From assembly GCF_000195975.1 (NCBI RefSeq), contig NC_005070.1, forward strand, positions 540,001-572,000: a DNA stretch of 32,000 nucleotides, written 5' to 3'. Shown one piece after another: positions 18,537-25,162 of this stretch. The notes under the pieces are model-generated. The model worked only from the letters and a program-made list of their open reading frames with translations. It was not told the origin of the DNA and made no database searches. Source of the stretch: Parasynechococcus marenigrum WH 8102. Lineage in GTDB: Bacteria > Cyanobacteriota > Cyanobacteriia > PCC-6307 > Cyanobiaceae. Numbering within the stretch: the first letter of the stretch is position 1; each line of letters begins with the position of its first letter. Made by a program: the position numbers and the translations under genes.

Positions 18537-19277
18537 TTGGCTCCGTCGCTCGCTTCTGGCCCCGCCGATCGGATCATCGTGGCCCTTGATGGCATGGCGC
18601 CCGAGCAGGCGCTGAGGTTTGCGGCTCAGCTGGACGGACTGCGCTGGGTGAAGGTGGGTCTGGAATTGTTTGTGCAGGCCGGCCCAGAGGTGGTGGCTCA
18701 GCTGCGGGAGCAGGGGTTGCGGGTGTTCCTGGATCTCAAATTTCACGACATCCCCGCGACGATGGCAGGAGCCTGCCGGAGGGCGGCGGCGTTGGGGGCG
18801 GAGCTGATCACGGTGCATGCCTGCGCCGGCAGTGAAGCGCTCAAGGCGGCCCAGGCCGCGGCGGTGGAGGGGGCCCAGCAGGCTGGTCTCAACCCGCCCA
18901 CGCTGCTGGCGGTGACGGTGCTCACCAGTTGGGAGGAGCAGCGACTGCAACGGGAACTCGCCATTCAGCAATCCATTGGCGAGCGGGTGCCGGCGTTGGC
19001 GCAGCTGTCGGCAACGGCAGGCATCGGTGGTTGTGTCTGCTCACCCTTGGAGGCCGCGGCGTTGCGGGCCCAGCACCCCGAACCGTTTGCCCTGGTCACG
19101 CCGGGGATTCGCCCCAAAGGTTCTGCGGTGGGCGATCAGGCCCGGGTGATGGGACCGGCTGAAGCGATAGCTGCCGGCGCGAGCCAGCTGGTGATCGGCC
19201 GTCCGATCACCAAAGCTGACGATCCCAGCGCTGCCTTTGCGGCCTGTTGCACCCAGTTGCTGGGATCGATTGATTGA
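18537..19277 (+). CDS. pyrF: Orotidine-5'-phosphate decarboxylase
   Basis: IIVALDG...VKVGLELF...[13 protein letters not shown]...IGRPIT. The start is uncertain: TTG at 18537 is the only in-frame start just upstream of the conserved N-terminus. Confidence 0.88.
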   Translation: MAPSLASGPADRIIVALDGMAPEQALRFAAQLDGLRWVKVGLELFVQAGPEVVAQLREQGLRVFLDLKFHDIPATMAGACRRAAALGAELITVHACAGSEALKAAQAAAVEGAQQAGLNPPTLLAVTVLTSWEEQRLQRELAIQQSIGERVPALAQLSATAGIGGCVCSPLEAAALRAQHPEPFALVTPGIRPKGSAVGDQARVMGPAEAIAAGASQLVIGRPITKADDPSAAFAACCTQLLGSID

Positions 19278-19296
19278 TGCGCATTAATATGCGCAT
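19277..19296. promoter_or_regulatory. Tandem copies of the palindrome ATGCGCAT separated by TAAT, candidate antitoxin operator
   Basis: ATGCGCAT (19277-19284), TAAT, ATGCGCAT (19289-19296). The element starts on the last base of the pyrF stop codon. It contains a TAATAT -10-like hexamer. Confidence 0.4.
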
Positions 19297-19555
19297 AGAC
19301 ATGAGTTCTGTGGTGCGCACAACGCTGGAGTTGCCTGATCCGCTGTTTGCCCGCTTGAAAGCCAGAGCCGCGTTGAAGCAGGTGAGCCTGAAGCAATTGC
19401 TTCAAGACTTTGTGGAACAGGGGCTTGATGCCAGCGGTGCTGCAGCCTCATCGGTCCGTCGTTGTGCGCATGATTTGCCGAAACTTCAAACGCCTTTGCA
19501 ACAGCAGGGGGTCACGTTCAGCAATGCAGGTTTATTTGAGCTGCTTGAACCTTGA
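19277..19555 (+). CDS. vapB: VapB-like antitoxin (RTTLxLPD ribbon-helix-helix type)
   Basis: ...VVRTTLELPDPLFARLKARAA... is typical of antitoxins paired with TIGR00028-like PIN toxins. In-frame ATGs occur at 19277, 19289 and 19301, and 19301 (MSSVVRTTLEL) may be the true start. Confidence 0.7.
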   Translation: MRINMRIDMSSVVRTTLELPDPLFARLKARAALKQVSLKQLLQDFVEQGLDASGAAASSVRRCAHDLPKLQTPLQQQGVTFSNAGLFELLEP

Positions 19556-19986
19556 GCGCCATCGCTGATCTGCCGGATCTCAATGTGTGGTTGGCGTTGG
19601 CATCGCCGAATCACAAGCATCACTCCAGTGCCGTGCAGTACTGGGAGAAGCAGGCGTCTCAACAGGTGTTGTTCTGCACGACAACTGCTCTGGGTCTGGT
19701 TCGGTTGGTGATGCAGCCCAAGGTGATGGGTGGCGCTGCTTTGATGCCTGCAGATGCCTCAGCCCTGCTTGAGACGTTTCTGCAGCAACCCGGGGTCAGT
19801 CATGCACAACCCACCAGTGATGGCTGGGATGTTTTTCATCTGTTGATGCGCCAAGCGGATCTGACCCCACGATTGTGCACGGATGCCCACTTGGCGGCAC
19901 TGGCGATCACGAACCAATGGCGATTGGTCAGTTTCGATCAGGACTTTCAACTGTTTTCTGGTCTGAATCTGTTGGAGCTGCGTTGA
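19552..19986 (+). CDS. vapC: PIN-domain toxin (VapC family)
   Basis: LPDLNVWLAL...TDAHLAALAITNQWRLVSFDQDF... is a PIN signature. The TTG start overlaps the antitoxin stop (TTGA). Confidence 0.75.
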   Translation: MSAIADLPDLNVWLALASPNHKHHSSAVQYWEKQASQQVLFCTTTALGLVRLVMQPKVMGGAALMPADASALLETFLQQPGVSHAQPTSDGWDVFHLLMRQADLTPRLCTDAHLAALAITNQWRLVSFDQDFQLFSGLNLLELR

Positions 19987-20017
19987 TTCCAGTTGTCCGA
20001 AGAGCGAGCCTGGCGCC

Positions 20018-20444
20018 ATGACCACCCCGGACATTCGCTGGACTCAACGGCTGGTGAATTTCCGGCGCGCCCTCGCCACGCTGCAGCGGGCTATTGGTTT
20101 GGCTCAGAGCCGGCCTTTGAGTGGAGCTGGAAGAACTGGGGCTGATCCAGGCGTTCGAATTCACCCATGAACTGAGCTGGCTGTTGATCCGGGATTTTTT
20201 GGTTGATCAGGGGGTGGCCGGCATCAGTGGCTCCCGCGATGCGGTGCGTGAGGCGGTGGTGCGGCAGTTGCTGCCGCAGGGGGATGAAACGGTGTGGATG
20301 GCGATGATCCGCAGCCGCAATCTCACCAGCCACCCCTACAACCCTGCGGTTGCTCGCGAGATCGCGGATCTGATCGTGCATCGCTATGGCCTGGCGTTTC
20401 AGCAGCTCTCTGGAGTGATGCTGGAACGTGCTTCCAGCCGATGA
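20018..20444 (+). pseudogene. HI0074-type nucleotidyltransferase-substrate-binding (HEPN) toxin gene, interrupted by a 1-nt frameshift
   Basis: The frame from ATG 20018 gives MTTPDIRWTQRLVNFRRALATLQRAIGLAQSRPLS, then runs out of frame to TGA 20168-20170. The +1 frame from 20121 gives (V)ELEELGLIQAFEFTHELSW...RSRNLTSH..., the rest of the family including RX4H. Removing one G at 20123/20124 restores ...RPLSELEELGLIQ... Confidence 0.7.
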
Positions 20445-20668
20445 TCCCAGGATTGCCCGCTGCCGACAGCGCTGCGGTGCTGACGTTGCTGAGGCAACAG
20501 CAGGGCATCGATCAGGTGCTGCTCTATGGCTCGCGAGCCATGGGGCGCAACCACAGCGGATCCGATGTGGACCTCTGCCTGGTGGCCCCCAGCCTCCAGC
20601 TTCAACACAGGATCGACCACCCCAACCTGCTTGCGCACATCGAGCGGGTCGGGGTGGCTTGGCTTTAG
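20441..20668 (+). CDS. Minimal nucleotidyltransferase (MNT, HI0073-like) antitoxin, apparently shortened
   Basis: LLYGSRAMGRNHSGSDVDLCLVAP (GS-X10-DXD) and the C-terminal ...IDHPNLLAHIERVGVAWL. At 75 aa it seems to lack the roughly 25 aa that normally separate these two blocks. The ATG overlaps the HEPN stop (ATGA). Confidence 0.6.
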   Translation: MIPGLPAADSAAVLTLLRQQQGIDQVLLYGSRAMGRNHSGSDVDLCLVAPSLQLQHRIDHPNLLAHIERVGVAWL

Positions 20669-20742
20669 GGGCCAGTGCTCAGAACCGGAAGTTCAGACCA
20701 CCGCTGACGCGCCAGGACGCTTCAAACCTTTGTTCTGCACAT

Positions 20743-21009
20743 TCATTCGTCGTAATGACTCCAGAGTCGCAGCACTTTCACAACCCGCTCTTCCTCTAGC
20801 ACCTCGTACACGAGACGGTGCTGGATATTGATCCGGCGCGAACAAGCTCCTTTCAGATCTCCCACCAATGCTTCATAGGGGGGAGGCTGTTGATAAGGAT
20901 CCGACTTGAGCAACGCGATTAAGCGCTCAGCTTTCGCTTTTAGGGCTGGCGAAGCACTCGCCAGCTTGCGGGCATCTTTCTGGGCTTGGCGGGTGAACAG
21001 CACACCCAA
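20743..21009 (-). CDS. yoeB: YoeB/Txe-family mRNA interferase toxin
   Basis: 88 aa. ...GDLKGACSRRINIQHRLVYEV...LRLWSHYDE matches the YoeB signature (SRRI..HRLVY, C-terminal HY). Confidence 0.8.
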   Translation of the reverse strand: MGVLFTRQAQKDARKLASASPALKAKAERLIALLKSDPYQQPPPYEALVGDLKGACSRRINIQHRLVYEVLEEERVVKVLRLWSHYDE

Positions 21010-21010
21010 C

Positions 21011-21253
21011 TCACCAGCCGGGTTCTTCGCTCAGGTCGCTTGTTGGCGTTGCCATTCCGTCGACAATCGACTCCCGCATCCCTGGTATTGCCGCGAGATA
21101 CAGCGTTTCTTGAATCGCGCGCCAATCGTCTTCCGACACCAGCACGGCATTGCTGCGTTTGCCGTGGATTTCGACTGGTGTATGTGAATCAGCCACTTCA
21201 TCCACCAAGGCAAACAAGCGTTTGCGCGCCTCGGTTACGGAAATCGATGCCAT
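21011..21253 (-). CDS. yefM: YefM/Phd-family antitoxin
   Basis: 80 aa. SVTEARKRLFALVDEVADSHTPVEIHGKRSNAVLVSEDDWRAIQETLYL. It ends 1 nt before the yoeB start. Confidence 0.8.
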   Translation of the reverse strand: MASISVTEARKRLFALVDEVADSHTPVEIHGKRSNAVLVSEDDWRAIQETLYLAAIPGMRESIVDGMATPTSDLSEEPGW

Positions 21254-21265
21254 GGGCAGCTGTCG

Positions 21266-21285
21266 ACGTACTGGAAATGGTACGT
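21266..21285. promoter_or_regulatory. Inverted repeat ACGTAC-N8-GTACGT upstream of yefM, candidate operator
   Basis: Perfect 6-bp arms 13 nt upstream of the yefM start. As I recall, GTAC-core palindromes are the operator type described for E. coli yefM-yoeB. Confidence 0.4.
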
Positions 21286-21341
21286 GATCTTTCTGCGTCG
21301 TGCTTGGAGGGGCCGGTGTGCCATCGGATCGGCTCTGGTGA

Positions 21342-21938
21342 TCAGGCCTTCTGCCCGATCTTGGGTTCCGTACCGGCGATCAGCCGCTCGATGTTGCTGC
21401 GATGGCGCCACAGCACCATCAGGCTGGCCACCAACGACACCACCACATAGGCGCTGCTGCCGCCGGAAACAACCATCAGCAGCGGCAATCCGATGGCGGC
21501 CACCACGCTGGAGAGCGACACGATCCTGAAGATCGAGATCACCGCCATGAACAGCCCGAAGCAGGCCAGTCCCACCGGCCAGGCCAGCCCCAGAAACATC
21601 CCGAAGCCGGTGGCCACCGCCTTGCCGCCCTTCCAGCCCAGCCACACCGGCCAGATGTGACCAGCCAGGGCCGCCAGCCCTGCCAAAACCTGCAGCCAGT
21701 CGCTGAGCCCGAAGGTTTTGGCCAGCAGCACCGCCAGGGCGCCTTTGCCCACATCAATCAGGAACACCACCAACGCTGGGCCTTTGCCCACGTTGCGCAG
21801 CACGTTGGTGGCGCCGGTGCTGCCGGAGCCACAGTCGCGCAGATCGATGCCCTTCAGCCAGCGGCCCGCCAGATAGCCACTGGGGGTGGACCCCAGCAGG
21901 TAGCCGATGGCCAGGAGCAGCAGGGCGGTGAGGATCAC
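21342..21938 (-). CDS. plsY: Glycerol-3-phosphate acyltransferase PlsY
   Basis: ...GYLLGSTPSGYLAGRWLKGIDLRDCGSGSTGATNVLRNVGKG...HIWPVWLGWKGGKAVATG... I prefer the GTG start at 21938. The 110-aa N-terminal extension in the ORF track has no PlsY-like content. An alternative GTG lies at 21977. Confidence 0.85.
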   Translation of the reverse strand: MILTALLLLAIGYLLGSTPSGYLAGRWLKGIDLRDCGSGSTGATNVLRNVGKGPALVVFLIDVGKGALAVLLAKTFGLSDWLQVLAGLAALAGHIWPVWLGWKGGKAVATGFGMFLGLAWPVGLACFGLFMAVISIFRIVSLSSVVAAIGLPLLMVVSGGSSAYVVVSLVASLMVLWRHRSNIERLIAGTEPKIGQKA

Positions 21939-22164
21939 AGGAACGAGACAGGCCGCGGGATCGCGCAAAAATGGAAGCACAGCGTTGGCCGCGCGCAACT
22001 GGTGGAAGAGAAGGACAACCAGCAAGAGAACACGTCCCACCACCGTGCCGTTCGCTCTCGGCTCGGAATGCTGAGGGGTGAATTCGTTATCCCTGACGAC
22101 TTCGATCAGATGGAGCAAGAGACCATCGCTGATCTGTTCGAAGGGATCAGCAAGGACTGACCGC

Positions 22165-23136
22165 CTACAGCAGATTGTCGTCGTCGAGGCGTTCACCCGG
22201 TCCGGCCGCGAAGGCCAACCAGAGGGGGAACTGAAGCACGGGGATGTCCACACTGCGCTCGGCCGCATCGATCAGGATCAGCGGCACTTCGCCCCGTTCC
22301 TCCAGGCGATCGGCCCGTTCCACCAGGGCTTCCGGGCGCTCGAACAGCACGATGCCGCTGCTGGGGCCGAAGTCTTCCCGGCCCAGGCCAAGGGCATCCT
22401 GCAGGCCCCGTCGCCATTCCCCCAGCCGTTCGGGCCCCCCGGCCAGCACCAGGCACTGGAATTGATCGCCGTAAAGCTCGCCGATGATGGCAATTAATGC
22501 CGCGCTGGCCAGGATGTTGCGGGGCCGGGTGCCGCGGCTCGGCTGCGCGCCGCGTCCGCCTTGATTGAAGAACCAGTCCTCCAGCAGGGCGATGTCTTTG
22601 GCATCGACGCTGCGGCGCAGATTCCAAGGATCGGCATACACATCCGGCTGCTTGAGGAAACGCTCCAGGGCGGCACGGATCAGATCTTCATCGGGGCGGA
22701 AGGTGTCGGCCACCGCTGCTGTCGCTGCTGGCGCGGCTTCCGGACTCCCTGATGCACTGCCGTTGTCGGCTTGCTGGTCCAACGGCGAGGGCTTCACCAC
22801 CATCGGCTGCACCACAAGCTCCAGGCTTTCCACGCTCTGTACTAGGTCCTGCAGGGCGCCGCCCAGGTACTCCTGGAAACCCTTCACGCGCCTGGCGATC
22901 GCATCGGACTGGCCAGCGAAGCTGGCTGTCAGTTCGCTCTCCAGCTGTTGCTTGCGCTTGGAGAGTTCGTTGATCTCCGCCTCCAGGGCGTCACGGCGTT
23001 GCTGCAGGTCCTTCAGCGCCAGCTCCATCACCGGGTTGGCCTCTGCTGGGGCTTCTGTCGGTGAGGGCTGGGCCTCGGGCTCCTGCGGGGTCAGGTCGTT
23101 GTCGTCAGACATTGCGTCAGCGGCCATGCGCTCCAT
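22165..23136 (-). CDS. Conserved cyanobacterial coiled-coil protein (recalled as DUF3086-like)
   Basis: 323 aa with an acidic, low-complexity N-terminus, a coiled coil (LKDLQQRRDALEAEINELSKRKQQLESEL) and a conserved-looking C-terminal domain. The start may instead be ATG 23127, which has better spacing to GGAGGG. Confidence 0.6.
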   Translation of the reverse strand: MERMAADAMSDDNDLTPQEPEAQPSPTEAPAEANPVMELALKDLQQRRDALEAEINELSKRKQQLESELTASFAGQSDAIARRVKGFQEYLGGALQDLVQSVESLELVVQPMVVKPSPLDQQADNGSASGSPEAAPAATAAVADTFRPDEDLIRAALERFLKQPDVYADPWNLRRSVDAKDIALLEDWFFNQGGRGAQPSRGTRPRNILASAALIAIIGELYGDQFQCLVLAGGPERLGEWRRGLQDALGLGREDFGPSSGIVLFERPEALVERADRLEERGEVPLILIDAAERSVDIPVLQFPLWLAFAAGPGERLDDDNLL

Positions 23137-23190
23137 CCCTCCATTCCAGCGGACGGGGCAACCGCCGCAACATGGGGGGCAGCTGCTTGC

Positions 23191-23637
23191 TTAAGACGCA
23201 CGAACTCGTGTATATGCAGTATGAGTATCTTCTAAATATCGTGCCCAAGGTTTGATGGTCGCCTGGGTGAATGCCATCACCTGCGAGGCGGCAGTCCGTG
23301 CCTGCGCGCTGTCCTCAGCGTCGTAACGATCGGCGGGTGCCTCGTTATCGCTTAGATAGCGCGTTTCAGTGTCCATACGGCTCAACGCCTTGAGCCGCAC
23401 AGTCCGGATGGGCGACACGTCGACCCCTTCTGGTTCCACGCTGTCGACCAGGCGATCCAGCGCATGGCTGTAAGGCGGCAGGGAGCCAAGCGAAATCAAC
23501 AGGGCCTTCAGCGCTTTTTCAGCGGCCTGGCAGTAGTGGTAACAGGCCTGGCTGTGAAAGCCTTGTTGGGCGGTGAGTTCGGCCACGGCCCAATCGCTGT
23601 TGGCCTGTCGCATCCAGGCATCAACGCGAGGGGTCAT
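23191..23637 (-). CDS. HEPN-domain protein (toxin partner of MNT)
   Basis: 148 aa. ...WMRQANSDWAVAELTAQQGFHSQACYHYCQAAEKALKALL...ETRY... is a HEPN-like helical layout. The start overlaps the MNT stop (ATGA). The last ~70 nt are AT-rich compared with their surroundings. Confidence 0.7.
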   Translation of the reverse strand: MTPRVDAWMRQANSDWAVAELTAQQGFHSQACYHYCQAAEKALKALLISLGSLPPYSHALDRLVDSVEPEGVDVSPIRTVRLKALSRMDTETRYLSDNEAPADRYDAEDSAQARTAASQVMAFTQATIKPWARYLEDTHTAYTRVRAS

Positions 23638-23975
23638 GGCTGGTTCAGGCGCAGGGCATCCCGGCCGATGGCGCTCCAGTACGGATCGTCACCGGTTCGG
23701 CGCTGCTGCCATTCCTGAGCGGTGAGAGCCAGCACGTCGTCGGCCATTCCAGCCTCGAGAACAGCCTCCGCCAGGCGATTGGCTTCCCCTCGGCTGGGGG
23801 CAACGGCCAGCACGTCCACATCCGAAAAGCCATCCCAGTCCCCCCGGGCCCAGGATCCGAACAGCCATAGGCTGCCGCCGGGATGTTCGGCTAGCACGAG
23901 GCTTGCATGCTGATGCAGCCCTTTGAGCCGCTCGGCCTGCTTGCGGCGGCGGATGTCAGCAACCGTCATGCCCAT
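23634..23975 (-). CDS. Minimal nucleotidyltransferase (MNT) antitoxin
   Basis: 113 aa. SLWLFGSWARGDWDGFSDVDVLAVAP carries the GS-X9-11-DXD NTase motif. Confidence 0.75.
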   Translation of the reverse strand: MGMTVADIRRRKQAERLKGLHQHASLVLAEHPGGSLWLFGSWARGDWDGFSDVDVLAVAPSRGEANRLAEAVLEAGMADDVLALTAQEWQQRRTGDDPYWSAIGRDALRLNQP

Positions 23976-23993
23976 GCCTCGACGCTATGGGCA
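23969..23993. promoter_or_regulatory. Inverted repeat TGCCCAT-N11-ATGGGCA overlapping the MNT start codon
   Basis: The arms are 23969-23975 and 23987-23993. The left arm contains the MNT ATG (23975-23973, minus strand). The element sits in the 38-bp gap after the upstream gene stop (24015). Confidence 0.35.
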
Positions 23994-24014
23994 GATCGAC
24001 GGCACCGCAAGCGC

Positions 24015-24416
24015 TCAGTCATCGTTGCTGGCCGGCACTTCCAGCGCACCCACCCGCAACTCGAGTTGCTCCCGCAGCTCTTTCGGGCTGAACAGGATCG
24101 GCAGGAAATGAATGCTCTGGGTTTCGCGGAAATAGAGCAGTCCCGGCAGCCAGGGGGCAAACAGCCGCCAGGTGAGCCATTGGTCGTAGGGGAAGCGGCG
24201 CAGCTCCCGGCTGTTCTGCCACACGATCAAGGCCCGCTCTTCAAACTCCAGCCGCAGGCTTGCGGTTTGGATCAGCAGAAACACCCCGAACAGCACCACC
24301 ACCAGCGTGGGCCAGGGATGCAGCGGCAGTGGCAGCAGCGCAGCACCGAAGACCACCACCAGCAACGGAAGCCGTGCATCCGGTTTCAGGGTGACGCTTG
24401 TGGGGGTTGAGCTCAT
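24015..24416 (-). CDS. Conserved small membrane protein (recalled as DUF3119-like)
   Basis: The start is the internal ATG at 24416 (MSSTPTSVTLKPDARLPLLVVVFGAALLPL...), with two TM helices. The remainder of the 391-aa ORF-track entry is out of frame over mlaE. The start overlaps the mlaE stop (ATGA). Confidence 0.65.
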   Translation of the reverse strand: MSSTPTSVTLKPDARLPLLVVVFGAALLPLPLHPWPTLVVVLFGVFLLIQTASLRLEFEERALIVWQNSRELRRFPYDQWLTWRLFAPWLPGLLYFRETQSIHFLPILFSPKELREQLELRVGALEVPASNDD

Positions 24417-25162
24417 GCGCCGAACAGCACCTGGGTCAGAACGACGTCCATGATCGCCACCAGGATCAGGATCATGACGACCGCACCGGTGGTGCTGGTG
24501 CCCACCTCCTTCGGGCCGCCTTTGGTCGTCAGTCCCCAGCCGCAGGCGATCACCGCGATGATCAGCCCGAACACCAGCGCCTTCACCAGCATGAAGGGCA
24601 GGTCCGTTGGATCCATCCAGGTGCGCACGGAGGTCCAGAAGACCGCCGGTGGAATGTTGTAAAGCGCTGTGCTGGTGATCTGGCCGCTCCACACCGCCAT
24701 CAGGAAAAAGAAGAAGCACTGCACCGGTGCCATCACCACCATGGCGATCATCCGCGGCACCACCAGGTACTCCACCGGGTCGGTGCGCAGCATCGTGATC
24801 GCATCGATCTGCTCGGTCACCTTCATAGTGCCCAGCTGCGCGGCGTAGGCGGTGGCCACCTTGCCCGCCAGCAGGCAGGAGGTGAGCAGTGGTGCAATCT
24901 CCCGGGCCAGGCCAATGGCCAGGATGCCGCCCACCGTTGATCCGGCCCCCTGGCGGGTGAGTTCGGCGGCCACCTGGATGTTGAACACCGAACCGGCGGC
25001 GATCGAGATGATCAGCACGATCAGCAGGGTGCCGGGACCCGCCTCCATCAACTGATCCTGCAGATCCACGGTGTTGATCCGCCCCCGCAGGGTGGCCGTC
25101 ACGGCCTGGCCACCGATCAACAGGCTGGCGCCCAGTCGTTTCAGCCAGCGGGGAGAGCTCAT
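24413..25162 (-). CDS. mlaE: MlaE/TGD1-type ABC transporter permease
   Basis: ...GPGTLLIVLIISIAAGSVFNIQVAAEL...GAGSTVGGILAIGLAREIAPLLTS...GTMKVTEQIDAI... is typical of the MlaE family. I prefer the start at ATG 25162 (MSSPRWLKRL), which overlaps the upstream stop (ATGA). Confidence 0.8.
   Translation of the reverse strand: MSSPRWLKRLGASLLIGGQAVTATLRGRINTVDLQDQLMEAGPGTLLIVLIISIAAGSVFNIQVAAELTRQGAGSTVGGILAIGLAREIAPLLTSCLLAGKVATAYAAQLGTMKVTEQIDAITMLRTDPVEYLVVPRMIAMVVMAPVQCFFFFLMAVWSGQITSTALYNIPPAVFWTSVRTWMDPTDLPFMLVKALVFGLIIAVIACGWGLTTKGGPKEVGTSTTGAVVMILILVAIMDVVLTQVLFGA

Noticed and set aside
21266-21285. Possible NtcA site (GTA-N8-TAC) within the yefM upstream repeat
   Set aside because: The GTA...TAC spacing here is 10 nt, not 8, so it does not fit the NtcA consensus. 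It is retained only as a TA operator candidate.
21939-22268. 110-aa N-terminal extension of the plsY ORF
   Set aside because: It has no PlsY-like sequence. PlsY proteins start about 12 residues before the YLLGS motif, which fits GTG 21938.
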